Source of the DNA: Polyangiales bacterium
GTDB lineage: Bacteria; Myxococcota_A; Polyangia; Polyangiales; Polyangiaceae
Direction of reading: 5' to 3'
Length of the DNA stretch: 64,000 bases
NCBI GenBank assembly: GCA_038230375.1
Contig: JBBRNJ010000002.1
Location: 32,001 to 96,000 of the forward strand
Positions 1 through 8,227 of this stretch are shown one piece after another. The translations under genes and the position numbers were made by a program. The notes under the pieces are model-generated. The model was not told where the DNA came from, searched no databases, and saw nothing but the letters and a program-made list of their open reading frames with translations. Numbering within the stretch: the stretch's first letter is position 1; every line of letters starts with the position of its first letter.

Positions 1-272
1 CCGGTCTCCACGAACGAAGGCGCGTCCGGCGTAGGCGAACGGTAAAACGTGCCCACGAACGGGCTCGTGACATCGACAGAGCCGTCGTCGACGGCGGCGG
101 CAATCGCAGGAGCACCCAGCGTGGACGTCGGGGGGGGCATGAAGGCGGCCGACACGAGCTTGCCGCGCACGACACGGACGCGAACGCCCTCTGCCTCGTG
201 CTCGAACTCGGCCACGTCTTCGGCTGCGAGGAGATCCAGAAGGCCCTTCAACTTCGCGATGTCGACGTTCAC
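1..272 (-). CDS. accB: Acetyl-CoA carboxylase biotin carboxyl carrier protein (partial, runs off the window)
   Basis: Not in the ORF track. Manual translation from GTG at 272 gives MNVDIAKLKGLLDLLAAEDVAEFEHEAEGVRVRV...VTSPFVGTFYRSPTPDAPSFVETG, with the typical BCCP SPxVGTFYRxPxP motif. Lies directly downstream of aroQ. Confidence 0.9.
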   Translation of the reverse strand, partial: MNVDIAKLKGLLDLLAAEDVAEFEHEAEGVRVRVVRGKLVSAAFMPPPTSTLGAPAIAAAVDDGSVDVTSPFVGTFYRSPTPDAPSFVET

Positions 273-305
273 ACCAACGTACTTACTCGGCGCAGCGCCG
301 GCGCG

Positions 306-767
306 TCAACGGCGGAGCGCGCCCAGAAGTCCTTCCAGGCCGAGCAGGTAGCTCTGTGGGCCGAAGCCGGCCACCTTGCCAATGCATGCTGCTGCGACCT
401 TCGACTCGTGGCGGTAGGCTTCCCGCGCCTCGGGATTGGAGAGGTGGACCTCCACGCAGGGCACGGCGACCGCCTTCAGCGCATCGAACAGCGCAAGGGA
501 GGTGTGTGTGAGCGCACCTGCATTGAGCAGGATGCCGTCGAATGACGTGCGCGCTTCCGCGATCCAGTCGAGCAGCAGGCCCTCATGGTTCGACTGCCTG
601 CAGTCGACGGTTGCGGAGAGCTCCTTTGCACGCGCGGCAAGGCGCTCGTGCACCAGGGCCAGCGTCTCATGTCCGTAGATCTCAGGCTCGCGCACGCCCA
701 GGAGCTGCAGGTTGGGGCCCGACAGGCAAAGGACGCGAGTGCGACGCCTCGCGGCCCGAGCGGTCAC
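306..767 (-). CDS. aroQ: Type II 3-dehydroquinate dehydratase
   Basis: GPNLQLLGVREPEIYG, QSNHEG, NAGALTHTS and EVHLSN motifs. Confidence 0.95.
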   Translation of the reverse strand: MTARAARRRTRVLCLSGPNLQLLGVREPEIYGHETLALVHERLAARAKELSATVDCRQSNHEGLLLDWIAEARTSFDGILLNAGALTHTSLALFDALKAVAVPCVEVHLSNPEAREAYRHESKVAAACIGKVAGFGPQSYLLGLEGLLGALRR

Positions 768-1123
768 TGGAGCTCTGCGAGGAGCTTCGGGGCGCAGGTG
801 CGCATCAGATAACGGCCCTTGCCCATGTTTCCGTCGGGCGTGAGCGCGAGGGCGAGGAAGTACTGGGCGCCAAGCGTGCGGATCACGGTGACCAGCTTGT
901 CGGTGCCGACGGCGATCTCCGTGGCGTCACCCGCCTCGAGCATCTCGGACGCCCGCCGGATCGCGCCGATCACGACGCTGAACTCGATGCCGATGGTGTT
1001 GATGTCGAAGGGAGCGTTGTCCTTCGCGTAGCTCTCGAGCGCGATCCCGCTGTTGTCCATGATCAGGCCGGCGACCCCACCTTCGGTGCGCTCGACGATG
1101 TCGCGAAGGGCTTCTTTGAACAT
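764..1123 (-). CDS. mglC: Roadblock/LC7 protein, MglC-like polarity protein
   Basis: 119 aa roadblock pattern. The C-terminal YFLALALTPDGNMGKGRYLMRTCAPKLLAEL closely resembles Myxococcus MglC as recalled. Adjacent to accB. Confidence 0.75.
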   Translation of the reverse strand: MFKEALRDIVERTEGGVAGLIMDNSGIALESYAKDNAPFDINTIGIEFSVVIGAIRRASEMLEAGDATEIAVGTDKLVTVIRTLGAQYFLALALTPDGNMGKGRYLMRTCAPKLLAELQ

Positions 1124-1217
1124 GGTTACGAACGTATCGGAAATCGCCGAACCCCGTCAAACTTCAGCGGGCTTGACCGGCACCGTTTTCGGCGCGTACG
1201 GTCCCGGGCCTATCAAC

Positions 1218-2546
1218 ATGCGCGCAAAAGCCGGGGATGCCCCCTGCACGATCTCGCAGAAGATCCTCGGGCCCCGCCAGCGCGGGGGCGCAAGACCCGG
1301 GGAGCCCGTGTTGCTCGCCGTCGACCAGATCGTCCTGACGGACGGCGTGGAGAGCGTCATCGAGGACGCCCGAACACGTGGGCTCGCCAAGAAGACGCCC
1401 GTCGAGCTCGCCGTCGCCTATGACGGTCACCCCACGCGCGGGGCAGGGGAGCCGGACGCGTTCTCCGTGCGGCAAGCGCTCGCGCACGGCCTCGTCGTGT
1501 CACGTGCGGGCATGGGCTTCGCGGCGCCGGTTCACACCGAGCGGTTTGCCGCGCCCGCGCGCCTCTGCGTGACCGACTCCCCACGCCTCTCGGCCACGGG
1601 CGGCGCGTCGATGCTCACGCTCACCGTCAGCGCGGCCGACCTCGCGCAGGCGCTGGCGACCGGCACCATCCTCGCGCGCATGCCGGTGACAGTGTCGGTG
1701 CAGCTCACGGGGCGACTGCGTCCGTTCGTCAGCGCAACGGATGTGGCGCTCGAGCTGGTCCGGCGAGGGACCGTTGATGTCGTCCAGAAGGCGCGCGCGC
1801 GTCACGGCGTACCGGTCGTCCTCGAGTTTGGTGGGCCTGCGGTCCGCCACTTCTCCATCCCTGAGCGCGCCCACATCGCGCAGATCGCGTCGGAGGTGGC
1901 AGCCGCTTCGGCCGTGTTCCCTTCGGACGAGCGCACGCAGGTCTACCTGCGCGATCAGCGGCGCTCCAAGGCGCATCGCGTGCTCACCGCCGACCTCGGC
2001 GTGGACGTGGCGGACGTGGTGCAGCTGGACGTGGGCGCGATCGATCCGCTTGTGCGTGGTCCGGATGGCGTCGTGCGCCCCGTGCGCGATCTGGCGGGCA
2101 CGGCCGTGGACTCGGTGCTGATCGGGGGCGATGGCGGCGCCTCCATGAAGGACGTGCTCACGGTGGCTGCGCTCCTCAAGGCAAAGCGCGTGCACGAGAA
2201 GGTCGCCCTCCTGTTCGCCCCGCCGTCGCGGCAGATCCTGGAGGTCCTCGCAGGCAGCGGTGGCCTCGCGGAGCTCGTGTCCGTGGGCGCGCGCATCATC
2301 GAGCCGGACGTTGGCGTGCTCAGCCAGGCCCTCTATCCTGGCACGCAGCTCCGCACGTGCCTCGCGCTCGGCCCGAGCAGCTCGCGCAGCGGCGGAGCAG
2401 GCACCGCGTACACCGCGTCCGCCGAGACCTGCGCGCACGCCGTCACGCGCGGCGAGATCGGCGATCCACGCGGTCAGAAGCGCGTCGTCCGCGTGACCGT
2501 TCCGCGCGAGCTACCCACGGACGACGTCCTGATCGTCAGGCGCTGA
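1218..2546 (+). CDS. Aconitase-family large-domain homolog, degenerate (no Fe-S cysteines, no swivel domain)
   Basis: TISQKIL...VDQIVLTD, LTGRLRPFVSATDVALELVRR, EFGGP, FPSDE and YTASAET follow the aconitase/LeuC scaffold. IGSCTN is replaced by IGGDGG and the CxxC by EPDVGVLS. Start taken at ATG 1218. Confidence 0.75.
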   Translation: MRAKAGDAPCTISQKILGPRQRGGARPGEPVLLAVDQIVLTDGVESVIEDARTRGLAKKTPVELAVAYDGHPTRGAGEPDAFSVRQALAHGLVVSRAGMGFAAPVHTERFAAPARLCVTDSPRLSATGGASMLTLTVSAADLAQALATGTILARMPVTVSVQLTGRLRPFVSATDVALELVRRGTVDVVQKARARHGVPVVLEFGGPAVRHFSIPERAHIAQIASEVAAASAVFPSDERTQVYLRDQRRSKAHRVLTADLGVDVADVVQLDVGAIDPLVRGPDGVVRPVRDLAGTAVDSVLIGGDGGASMKDVLTVAALLKAKRVHEKVALLFAPPSRQILEVLAGSGGLAELVSVGARIIEPDVGVLSQALYPGTQLRTCLALGPSSSRSGGAGTAYTASAETCAHAVTRGEIGDPRGQKRVVRVTVPRELPTDDVLIVRR

Positions 2547-2555
2547 GCGCTTGCC

Positions 2556-2897
2556 TCAGTAGGCGTTCTTCGCCGGAGACTCGATGGCCTTCGACGCAGC
2601 CTCGATCGTGACCGCTGCGAGCTCTCCGGAGGCCCCTAGCTCGACACGAACGCTCGCCTCGGCCTGCCCATCGACGTCCTCGTGCGCCCCGAGCATGAGC
2701 ACGACCGCGGCGGAGGTCCCGCGAAGATCCACTCCGACGAGCTTCTTCTTCGCATCGAGCAGCAGGCTGGCCTTCTCGGTCTTGCCGGCCTCACCTCCGC
2801 CAGATCCTGCACCAGCGGGCTTTCCTGCTGCATGAAGCTCCAGTCGGTCGTTACTTGCATGATACACGTATCCAGTGGCGCGTGCTTCGACCAGCAT
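2556..2897 (-). CDS. Hypothetical protein (113 aa)
   Basis: ORF MLVEARATGYVYHASNDRLELH... fills the gap between neighbours and has GC3-rich codons. Confidence 0.6.
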   Translation of the reverse strand: MLVEARATGYVYHASNDRLELHAAGKPAGAGSGGGEAGKTEKASLLLDAKKKLVGVDLRGTSAAVVLMLGAHEDVDGQAEASVRVELGASGELAAVTIEAASKAIESPAKNAY

Positions 2898-3055
2898 GGG
2901 GACCTCGGGAGGATTGCGGACCTGGCGAGGAATGTAGCGCACGTTCGCGCGTTTCCCAGTGGCGTCTATGTGTGCGAGTCGCCTATGCTCCACGCGGGCG
3001 CCTGTGAGCGTCGGGGAGGGCTCAGCTCCCTCCTTTGGTAACTGGAGGTCTTTGC

Positions 3056-4486
3056 GTGTCCAAGGGACGTTTGACGAGGCAAGAGCTCGGGTGGCTTCTC
3101 ACACAGGAAGCCCAGGGTGCAGCTTCGCGTTTGCGCCAAGGTGTGCAGATCATGCGCACGGTGCCGCCTCCCGACATCCGCGAGCAGCTTCGTCAGACGC
3201 CAGAGGCGGTGCCAGAGGCGGCGCGAGAGGCGAGCCCCGCCAGCGTCACGAACCCCAGTGGCACCCTGGACGCATCGCTCGACGCACTGGACGACGTCAT
3301 GCGCATGCTGGAGAACCTCCACACGCGCCCCAGCACGCCGGTGCGTCGCGGGCGTATCGACCTCGCCGCGCTGCTCTGGGAGGTCGCCCCCGAGGCGCGC
3401 GTCCAGATCGAGCCGGGCAGCGGCACGGAGGTCTTCGGTGACGAAGCCGAGCTGCGCCGGATGCTCCACGTGCTGGTCGGCCACGGCGGCGGCATCGGCT
3501 CGCAGATCACCATCCGACGCGAAGGCGCGGATGTCCGCGTTGCGGTCACGCTGGGACCGGACACCAGCGCCACCGCAGAGACCGAGCGCGTGTGGCTCTC
3601 TCGCATGGCGCTTCGCTACGGCGGTCGCCACGAGCTCGAAGGCGCGACCGAGGTGCTGCTCCTTCCCGCGGACGAAGATCGCGAGGAGAAGGCCGCGCTG
3701 CGCAAGGAGCTCGACGAGGCGCGCAAGCAGGGCGAGGTATACGCCCGCGAGCTCGCAGCCGTCTTCCAGAAGGGCGAGGAGGCCCACTCCGCGTCCAGCT
3801 ATCCGCCCCCGCCCATGGATCCCACCACGGAGCGGCTCGACTCGGTCGCGCGGCTCTGCGCCGGCATCGCCGCGGAGCTCCGGGGCATCCTCACGCCGCT
3901 CGGACGCGAGCTCGGGCAGCTTCGCCCTGCGACCGACCAGGAGGAGCTGCTCGCGGTCGCGCACAAGCGTGTCACGTTCGCGAGCGAGTTTGTCTCCGTG
4001 CTCGCGAGCATCGGTGAGCTCTCCGCGGACGAGGCGCGCGCGCAGACCGATCTCGGCACGGTCGTGCGCAATGCGATCGAAGGACTCGGGAATCGCTCCG
4101 AGAAGCACGAGGTGCGCGTCGTCGTGAAGCCCGGCTCCGGTCAGGGCGTGCACGTCATGATGTCGCCGCGCGGTGCGGCGCTCCTCGCGCGCGAGCTCAT
4201 CGGCCTGGCGATCGCGGCCACGCCGCGCAGCAACGATGTGCACGTGGAGGTCTACCAGGACCCGCTCGGGGCGCGCCTCGTCATCGACGACGCAGGCCCG
4301 CCGCTGCCGGCGTCCGCGCGTCGCGGATACCTGGAGCTGTCCGTGGATGGCGCGACGTACGGCCGGCCCAGCGCCGTTCCGCTGCGCCTCGGCGCGGAGA
4401 TCGCGGCTGCGAACGGCGGCATGGTGGAGTTGTCCGACGCACCGCTCGGCGGCGTGCGGGTGCTTGTCACCTTCCCGCAGCGGTGA
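3056..4486 (+). CDS. Histidine-kinase-like protein with two degenerate DHp/HATPase modules (pseudokinase)
   Basis: GTG start after GGAGG. AGIAAELRGILTPL is H-box-like without His; DDAGPPL is G1-like; AEIAAANGGMVEL...GGVRVLVTFP is a HATPase C-terminus. A second degenerate module lies N-terminally (RIDLAALL...VFGDEAELRRML...RYGG). Confidence 0.7.
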   Translation: MSKGRLTRQELGWLLTQEAQGAASRLRQGVQIMRTVPPPDIREQLRQTPEAVPEAAREASPASVTNPSGTLDASLDALDDVMRMLENLHTRPSTPVRRGRIDLAALLWEVAPEARVQIEPGSGTEVFGDEAELRRMLHVLVGHGGGIGSQITIRREGADVRVAVTLGPDTSATAETERVWLSRMALRYGGRHELEGATEVLLLPADEDREEKAALRKELDEARKQGEVYARELAAVFQKGEEAHSASSYPPPPMDPTTERLDSVARLCAGIAAELRGILTPLGRELGQLRPATDQEELLAVAHKRVTFASEFVSVLASIGELSADEARAQTDLGTVVRNAIEGLGNRSEKHEVRVVVKPGSGQGVHVMMSPRGAALLARELIGLAIAATPRSNDVHVEVYQDPLGARLVIDDAGPPLPASARRGYLELSVDGATYGRPSAVPLRLGAEIAAANGGMVELSDAPLGGVRVLVTFPQR

Positions 4487-5720
4487 CGCTCAGAGCTTTG
4501 CGCGTCTGATCTGGACCAGCTGAGCGGGGGGTGGCAGAGGCTCGTTGGGCGTATCCAGCGGCTCTTCCACGATGTCCCAGACCGCGTTGTCGAACGGGAG
4601 GCCTGGGGCCCCGTGTCTTCTGGACGATGCGCTCGCGGCGCCCTCGTGAGGCCAGCGTGCGTGCGCGGTAGTGGCAGTACGGGTTGTTGCCGGGGCGCCC
4701 ACTGACGGCGTGCGCGGTGAAGGTGCAGCCGCCGAGACACGTCTCTCGAAACATGCATTCTGCACAGAATCCCCAGAGAGCGTCCACGGAGAGCGTGCGC
4801 GAGAACCCGACCTTGCGGTTGCCGTTCCATAGGTCCGCAAGCGGCGTCTCGCGCAGGTTGCCGCCCACGTACGCATCCGACTGCAACGACGGACATCCCT
4901 TCACGCCACCGTTGGACTCGATGCCCATGAGGAAGGAGCCCGCGAGGCAGCCCTGGTAGTGATCCGTGCCGTCCGGGTTGCGCGACCGGAGGAGCGTCTC
5001 CTCTGGTCCGAAGTAGCCCAGGTTGTTGCCCGGCATGAGCAGGATCCCGTCCGCGAACGCGCGGCGCTTGAGCGCGGCGACCCGCGGCACCACGTCCGTG
5101 AGCTCATAGGGCTGGAGCACCAGGTCAGCGCGATCCGCGGCGCGGCCGAGGGGCGTCGTGAGCTGCACCTGCCAGGCGCCGATCTTTTGCGCGAGCAGGA
5201 GCTCGTACAGGTCCTCGAGCTCGCCCTGGTTCAAGCGGTTGACGTTGGTGTTCGCCGTGATGGCCACGCCGGCGTCGCGCAGATGCGAGAGCGCCGCCAG
5301 CGCAGCCTCGAAGCTCCCGCGCGAGGCCCGCATCAGGTCGTGCGTCGCCTGCAGCCCGTCGATGCTGACGGACACGCTGTGGAGGCCATGCGCGGCGATC
5401 GCCTGCGCCAGCTCCCTGTCGAGCGAGCGGCCTCCCGTGACCATCGTGGTGCGCAGGCCTGCGTCGCGAAGGGCGGACAGCACGGAGAGGAACGCAGGAT
5501 GAAGGTATGCCTCGCCGCCGATCAGCGCGACCTCCTCGGCCCCCAGCGCCGCGAGGTCTCTCACGACCTTTCGGGCCTCGTCGAGCGACAGCTCCGTGTC
5601 ACGGGGGTCGCCCGCGCGTGATCCGCAGTGCGTGCAGGGCTGATCGCAGCGGAGCGTGAGCTCCCAGACCACGTATGCCGGACGAAAATCCGGCCCAGCT
5701 ACGGGTAGGCGACGTAGCAC
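4467..5720 (-). CDS. Radical SAM/SPASM maturase, PlpX-like splicease family; +1 frameshift near the 3' end (restored stop at 4490)
   Basis: WELTLRCDQPCTHCGSRAG (CX3CX2C), IGGEAYL, SVSIDG, WQVQLTTPLGRAAD, PGNNLGYFGP, and SPASM cysteines (GCLAG...GCPSL...CAECMFRETCLGGC...GNNPYCHYR). The family tail GLPFDN..EEP is in another frame. Confidence 0.85.
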   Translation of the reverse strand: MLRRLPVAGPDFRPAYVVWELTLRCDQPCTHCGSRAGDPRDTELSLDEARKVVRDLAALGAEEVALIGGEAYLHPAFLSVLSALRDAGLRTTMVTGGRSLDRELAQAIAAHGLHSVSVSIDGLQATHDLMRASRGSFEAALAALSHLRDAGVAITANTNVNRLNQGELEDLYELLLAQKIGAWQVQLTTPLGRAADRADLVLQPYELTDVVPRVAALKRRAFADGILLMPGNNLGYFGPEETLLRSRNPDGTDHYQGCLAGSFLMGIESNGGVKGCPSLQSDAYVGGNLRETPLADLWNGNRKVGFSRTLSVDALWGFCAECMFRETCLGGCTFTAHAVSGRPGNNPYCHYRARTLASRGRRERIVQKTRGPRPPVRQRGLGHRGRAAGYAQRASATPRSAGPDQTRKALSVTAAGR

Positions 5721-5743
5721 CAAAGTTCGGGTATCATCGCACC

Positions 5744-6076
5744 ATGCGTTTCACGGCGCCGCTCGATTCTTGCACTTCCTGTCGGGGTCTCATCCCGCGG
5801 GAGCCCGCACTGCCTTCATGTCCTCACTGCGGTGGTCAACTCCAGCCGCTTGCCCTGGACACAGGCGTGCGCGGGGCGCTGGGAAAGACAGCGGGCAAGG
5901 TAGCTTCTGCCGCAGCAGTCGCGGTCGCTGGCGCTGGCTTCGCGGTCACGCTGATGGCTTGCTATGGGCCGCCCCCGCGCGAGTACGAGAAGGTCGACGC
6001 TCCGGCTCCCCCCAACGCGAAGGCGATGAGCGATGCGGGCGCGCCAGGTTCGCCGGACATGCCGAAGGCAAAATGA
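5744..6076 (+). CDS. Zinc-ribbon/transmembrane protein with LMAC-YG-PPP motif; candidate splicease substrate and lipoprotein
   Basis: CTSC...CPHC, hydrophobic AAAVAVAGAGFAVTLMAC, then YGPPP. Divergent from the rSAM gene with 23 bp between start codons. Confidence 0.75.
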   Translation: MRFTAPLDSCTSCRGLIPREPALPSCPHCGGQLQPLALDTGVRGALGKTAGKVASAAAVAVAGAGFAVTLMACYGPPPREYEKVDAPAPPNAKAMSDAGAPGSPDMPKAK

Positions 6077-6468
6077 GGATCCTCATCATCGAAGGCTCGG
6101 ACTCGATCTCGCACATGATCGAGGCGCTCGTGGCAGCGCGAGGCTTCGAGGTCGCCTGCGCAAACGGCGGGGCGCGCGCGGTCGAGGACGCGCTTGCCAA
6201 TGCGCCGGACATCGTCCTGCTCGACCTTGACCTGCCCGGAGGCGTGGGGGCTCTGGACGTGTGCCGCAAGCTGCGGTCCGAGGTCGAGACCGACAGCATT
6301 CCCATCATCGCGCTCGGCGCAAGCGGCGACGAAGCCGTGAGGCAGGGCGCGCTGGAGGCGGGGGCCACCACGTACTATCGCAAACCCTTCAGCCCGATCT
6401 CTCTGCTCAAGGAGATCGACGCCATCAAGGCCAAGCTGCGCTCGAGCGGAACGGAGAAGGTCCAGTGA
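6073..6468 (+). CDS. Single-domain response regulator (receiver)
   Basis: MRILIIEGS...PDIVLLDLDLP...IPIIAL...YYRKPF. ATGA overlap with the upstream gene. Confidence 0.88.
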   Translation: MRILIIEGSDSISHMIEALVAARGFEVACANGGARAVEDALANAPDIVLLDLDLPGGVGALDVCRKLRSEVETDSIPIIALGASGDEAVRQGALEAGATTYYRKPFSPISLLKEIDAIKAKLRSSGTEKVQ

Positions 6469-7121
6469 AATTGACTTCAAATGCCCCCTCGCGATGGATG
6501 ATGTGGGGTGCGTTCGGCGCCGCAATGATGATTGTGGCGCTCGGCTGCAAGAAGAAGAAGACCGCGATTGACTACGCGCCGGATTACTCGAACGGCACCG
6601 ACACCACGGGCTCGCAAGGCTCCACCGGAACCGGCGGCACCACCGATACCACCGGCAAGACCGTCGTTGGCCTCAGCCAGACCTACAACCCGAAGAGCGG
6701 GCTCGTTCGCATCCACTATCCGTCCGAGCTCGTCGCGAACCCCGACAGCGACAACCTCACCTTCCTCGAGCCCATGCGGACGGCATCCGTCGACGTGAAG
6801 TCGCTCGTGACGATCACCACCAACGGCGACCCCATCTCGCAGGACGCCAACGAGTACGCGCGCGTGCTGCAGGGCGCCCGCGCGAAGGCGCTCACGGGGT
6901 ACCGCCTCATCAGCACCACGCCCGGCCACTGCTACAAGGATCAGCAAGGCGTCGAGACGCGCTGGGAGTTCGACGAGGGCGGCACGAAGATGCAAGGCCG
7001 CGCGTGCGCGTTCGTGCACCACAAGCACGGCTACTCGTTCATGTACGCGTTCAAGCCGGGCAACGTCGGCGACGAGTCCAAGCTACACAAGGTCGTCGAC
7101 GCGACCGAGCTCACGGACTGA
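6465..7121 (+). CDS. Lipoprotein of unknown function (possible PsbP/DcrB-like fold)
   Basis: Lipobox ALGC followed by KKKK, then a T/G-rich linker. GTGA overlap with the response regulator. Confidence 0.7.
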   Translation: MKLTSNAPSRWMMWGAFGAAMMIVALGCKKKKTAIDYAPDYSNGTDTTGSQGSTGTGGTTDTTGKTVVGLSQTYNPKSGLVRIHYPSELVANPDSDNLTFLEPMRTASVDVKSLVTITTNGDPISQDANEYARVLQGARAKALTGYRLISTTPGHCYKDQQGVETRWEFDEGGTKMQGRACAFVHHKHGYSFMYAFKPGNVGDESKLHKVVDATELTD

Positions 7122-7127
7122 CCGGTC

Positions 7128-7754
7128 TCAGTGCGGTTTTGCTGACGTGGCGGGCTTGGCGGCGGGTTTCGCCGCAGGCTTCGCGACCGGGGCGACGGCG
7201 GGCTTCGCGGATGCGGCTGCGCTGGGTGCTGCGGCCGCGGGCGGGTCGATCCATTCATCCTTGACCACGCCGTTCACCGGCTCGAGGCATTCCTTCTTCG
7301 CGTCCGCGACGCTCGTGGCGCCGCCCGTATAGAAGCTCACGAACTCACCGGGCTCGCCAGTGGCGCTCTGCGGGTAGTGGCAGGTTCCGAGCAGATTGGC
7401 CTTCGGGCAGGGATTGGGCGTGGGGGTCGAGGTCGTGAAGACGCCGCCCTCCTTCTTGCAATCGTCCGGCGAGAACTTCGGAATGAGCCCGTAGAACTCG
7501 TCGCACTTGCCGGCCTTCCGGTTGTCGCACGTCCCCCGGATGTACTCGTAGTTCGGGACCTGCTTCCCGGAGACGCTGAAGCGCGGCTCGGTCGGATCGG
7601 AGTCAGACGTGGCCGACGACGAAGACGATGCCCCTCCCTCGGCTGCGCCGCCCGGCTGGCTCTTGCTGGCCAACGCGAACGCTACAAAGAAGGCGATGCC
7701 GAGGGCGCTCGCGACGTGCCGGGTGAGCCTGAAGTGCTTGTCCATGAACCGCAT
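7128..7754 (-). CDS. Secreted Cys-containing protein with Ala/Lys/Pro-rich tail
   Basis: Signal-like ALGIAFFVAFALA, six Cys, C-terminal AAKP repeats. Confidence 0.7.
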   Translation of the reverse strand: MRFMDKHFRLTRHVASALGIAFFVAFALASKSQPGGAAEGGASSSSSATSDSDPTEPRFSVSGKQVPNYEYIRGTCDNRKAGKCDEFYGLIPKFSPDDCKKEGGVFTTSTPTPNPCPKANLLGTCHYPQSATGEPGEFVSFYTGGATSVADAKKECLEPVNGVVKDEWIDPPAAAAPSAAASAKPAVAPVAKPAAKPAAKPATSAKPH

Positions 7755-7775
7755 GGCGCGCACTCTACACGGCTC

Positions 7776-8162
7776 TCAGAGGAGGTTCATGAGCTTCTTC
7801 GCACGCTCGGAGGCCTCGACGACGACCTGCTTTGCTTCCTCGTCGGGGATGCGGAGCTTCTTGGTCAGCGCCTGCAGGAACTCGTCCTCGGCAGTCGCCT
7901 GCTCGCCGTCCGCGTAGGTGAGGAGCACGGCCTGTTGGAGGAGGACGCGACGATCAGCCGCGGAGAGATCCTGCAGGTTGATGTCATCGATGGTCCGCTT
8001 CTCCTTCGCGTATTCCATGATCTCGGCCTTCTGCGCCTCGGACGCGCGATAGGCCTCGAGCAGGGCGTGGAGCATCTCTTTCTCCGACTCCGCGAAGACG
8101 CCGTCCGCCCACGCAACGGGGACGAGCGACTTGACGATGGCGTACTCTTCTTCGTGCATCAT
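7776..8162 (-). CDS. TerB-like (tellurite resistance TerB/DUF533-type) protein
   Basis: Two repeats of (W/Y)ADG-x5-E: AWADGVFAESEKEML and TYADGEQATAEDEFL. Confidence 0.75.
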   Translation of the reverse strand: MMHEEEYAIVKSLVPVAWADGVFAESEKEMLHALLEAYRASEAQKAEIMEYAKEKRTIDDINLQDLSAADRRVLLQQAVLLTYADGEQATAEDEFLQALTKKLRIPDEEAKQVVVEASERAKKLMNLL

Positions 8163-8227
8163 GGGGACCCTTCGGGCGCTCACTGGCGCCAAGCTCTCCG
8201 CGATGATCGACGAGGTCTGCGCCCGCG

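Noticed and set aside
1218..2546. Functional leuC or aconitase
   Set aside because: All three cluster-ligating cysteines and the DSH motif are missing, and there is no small subunit or swivel domain.
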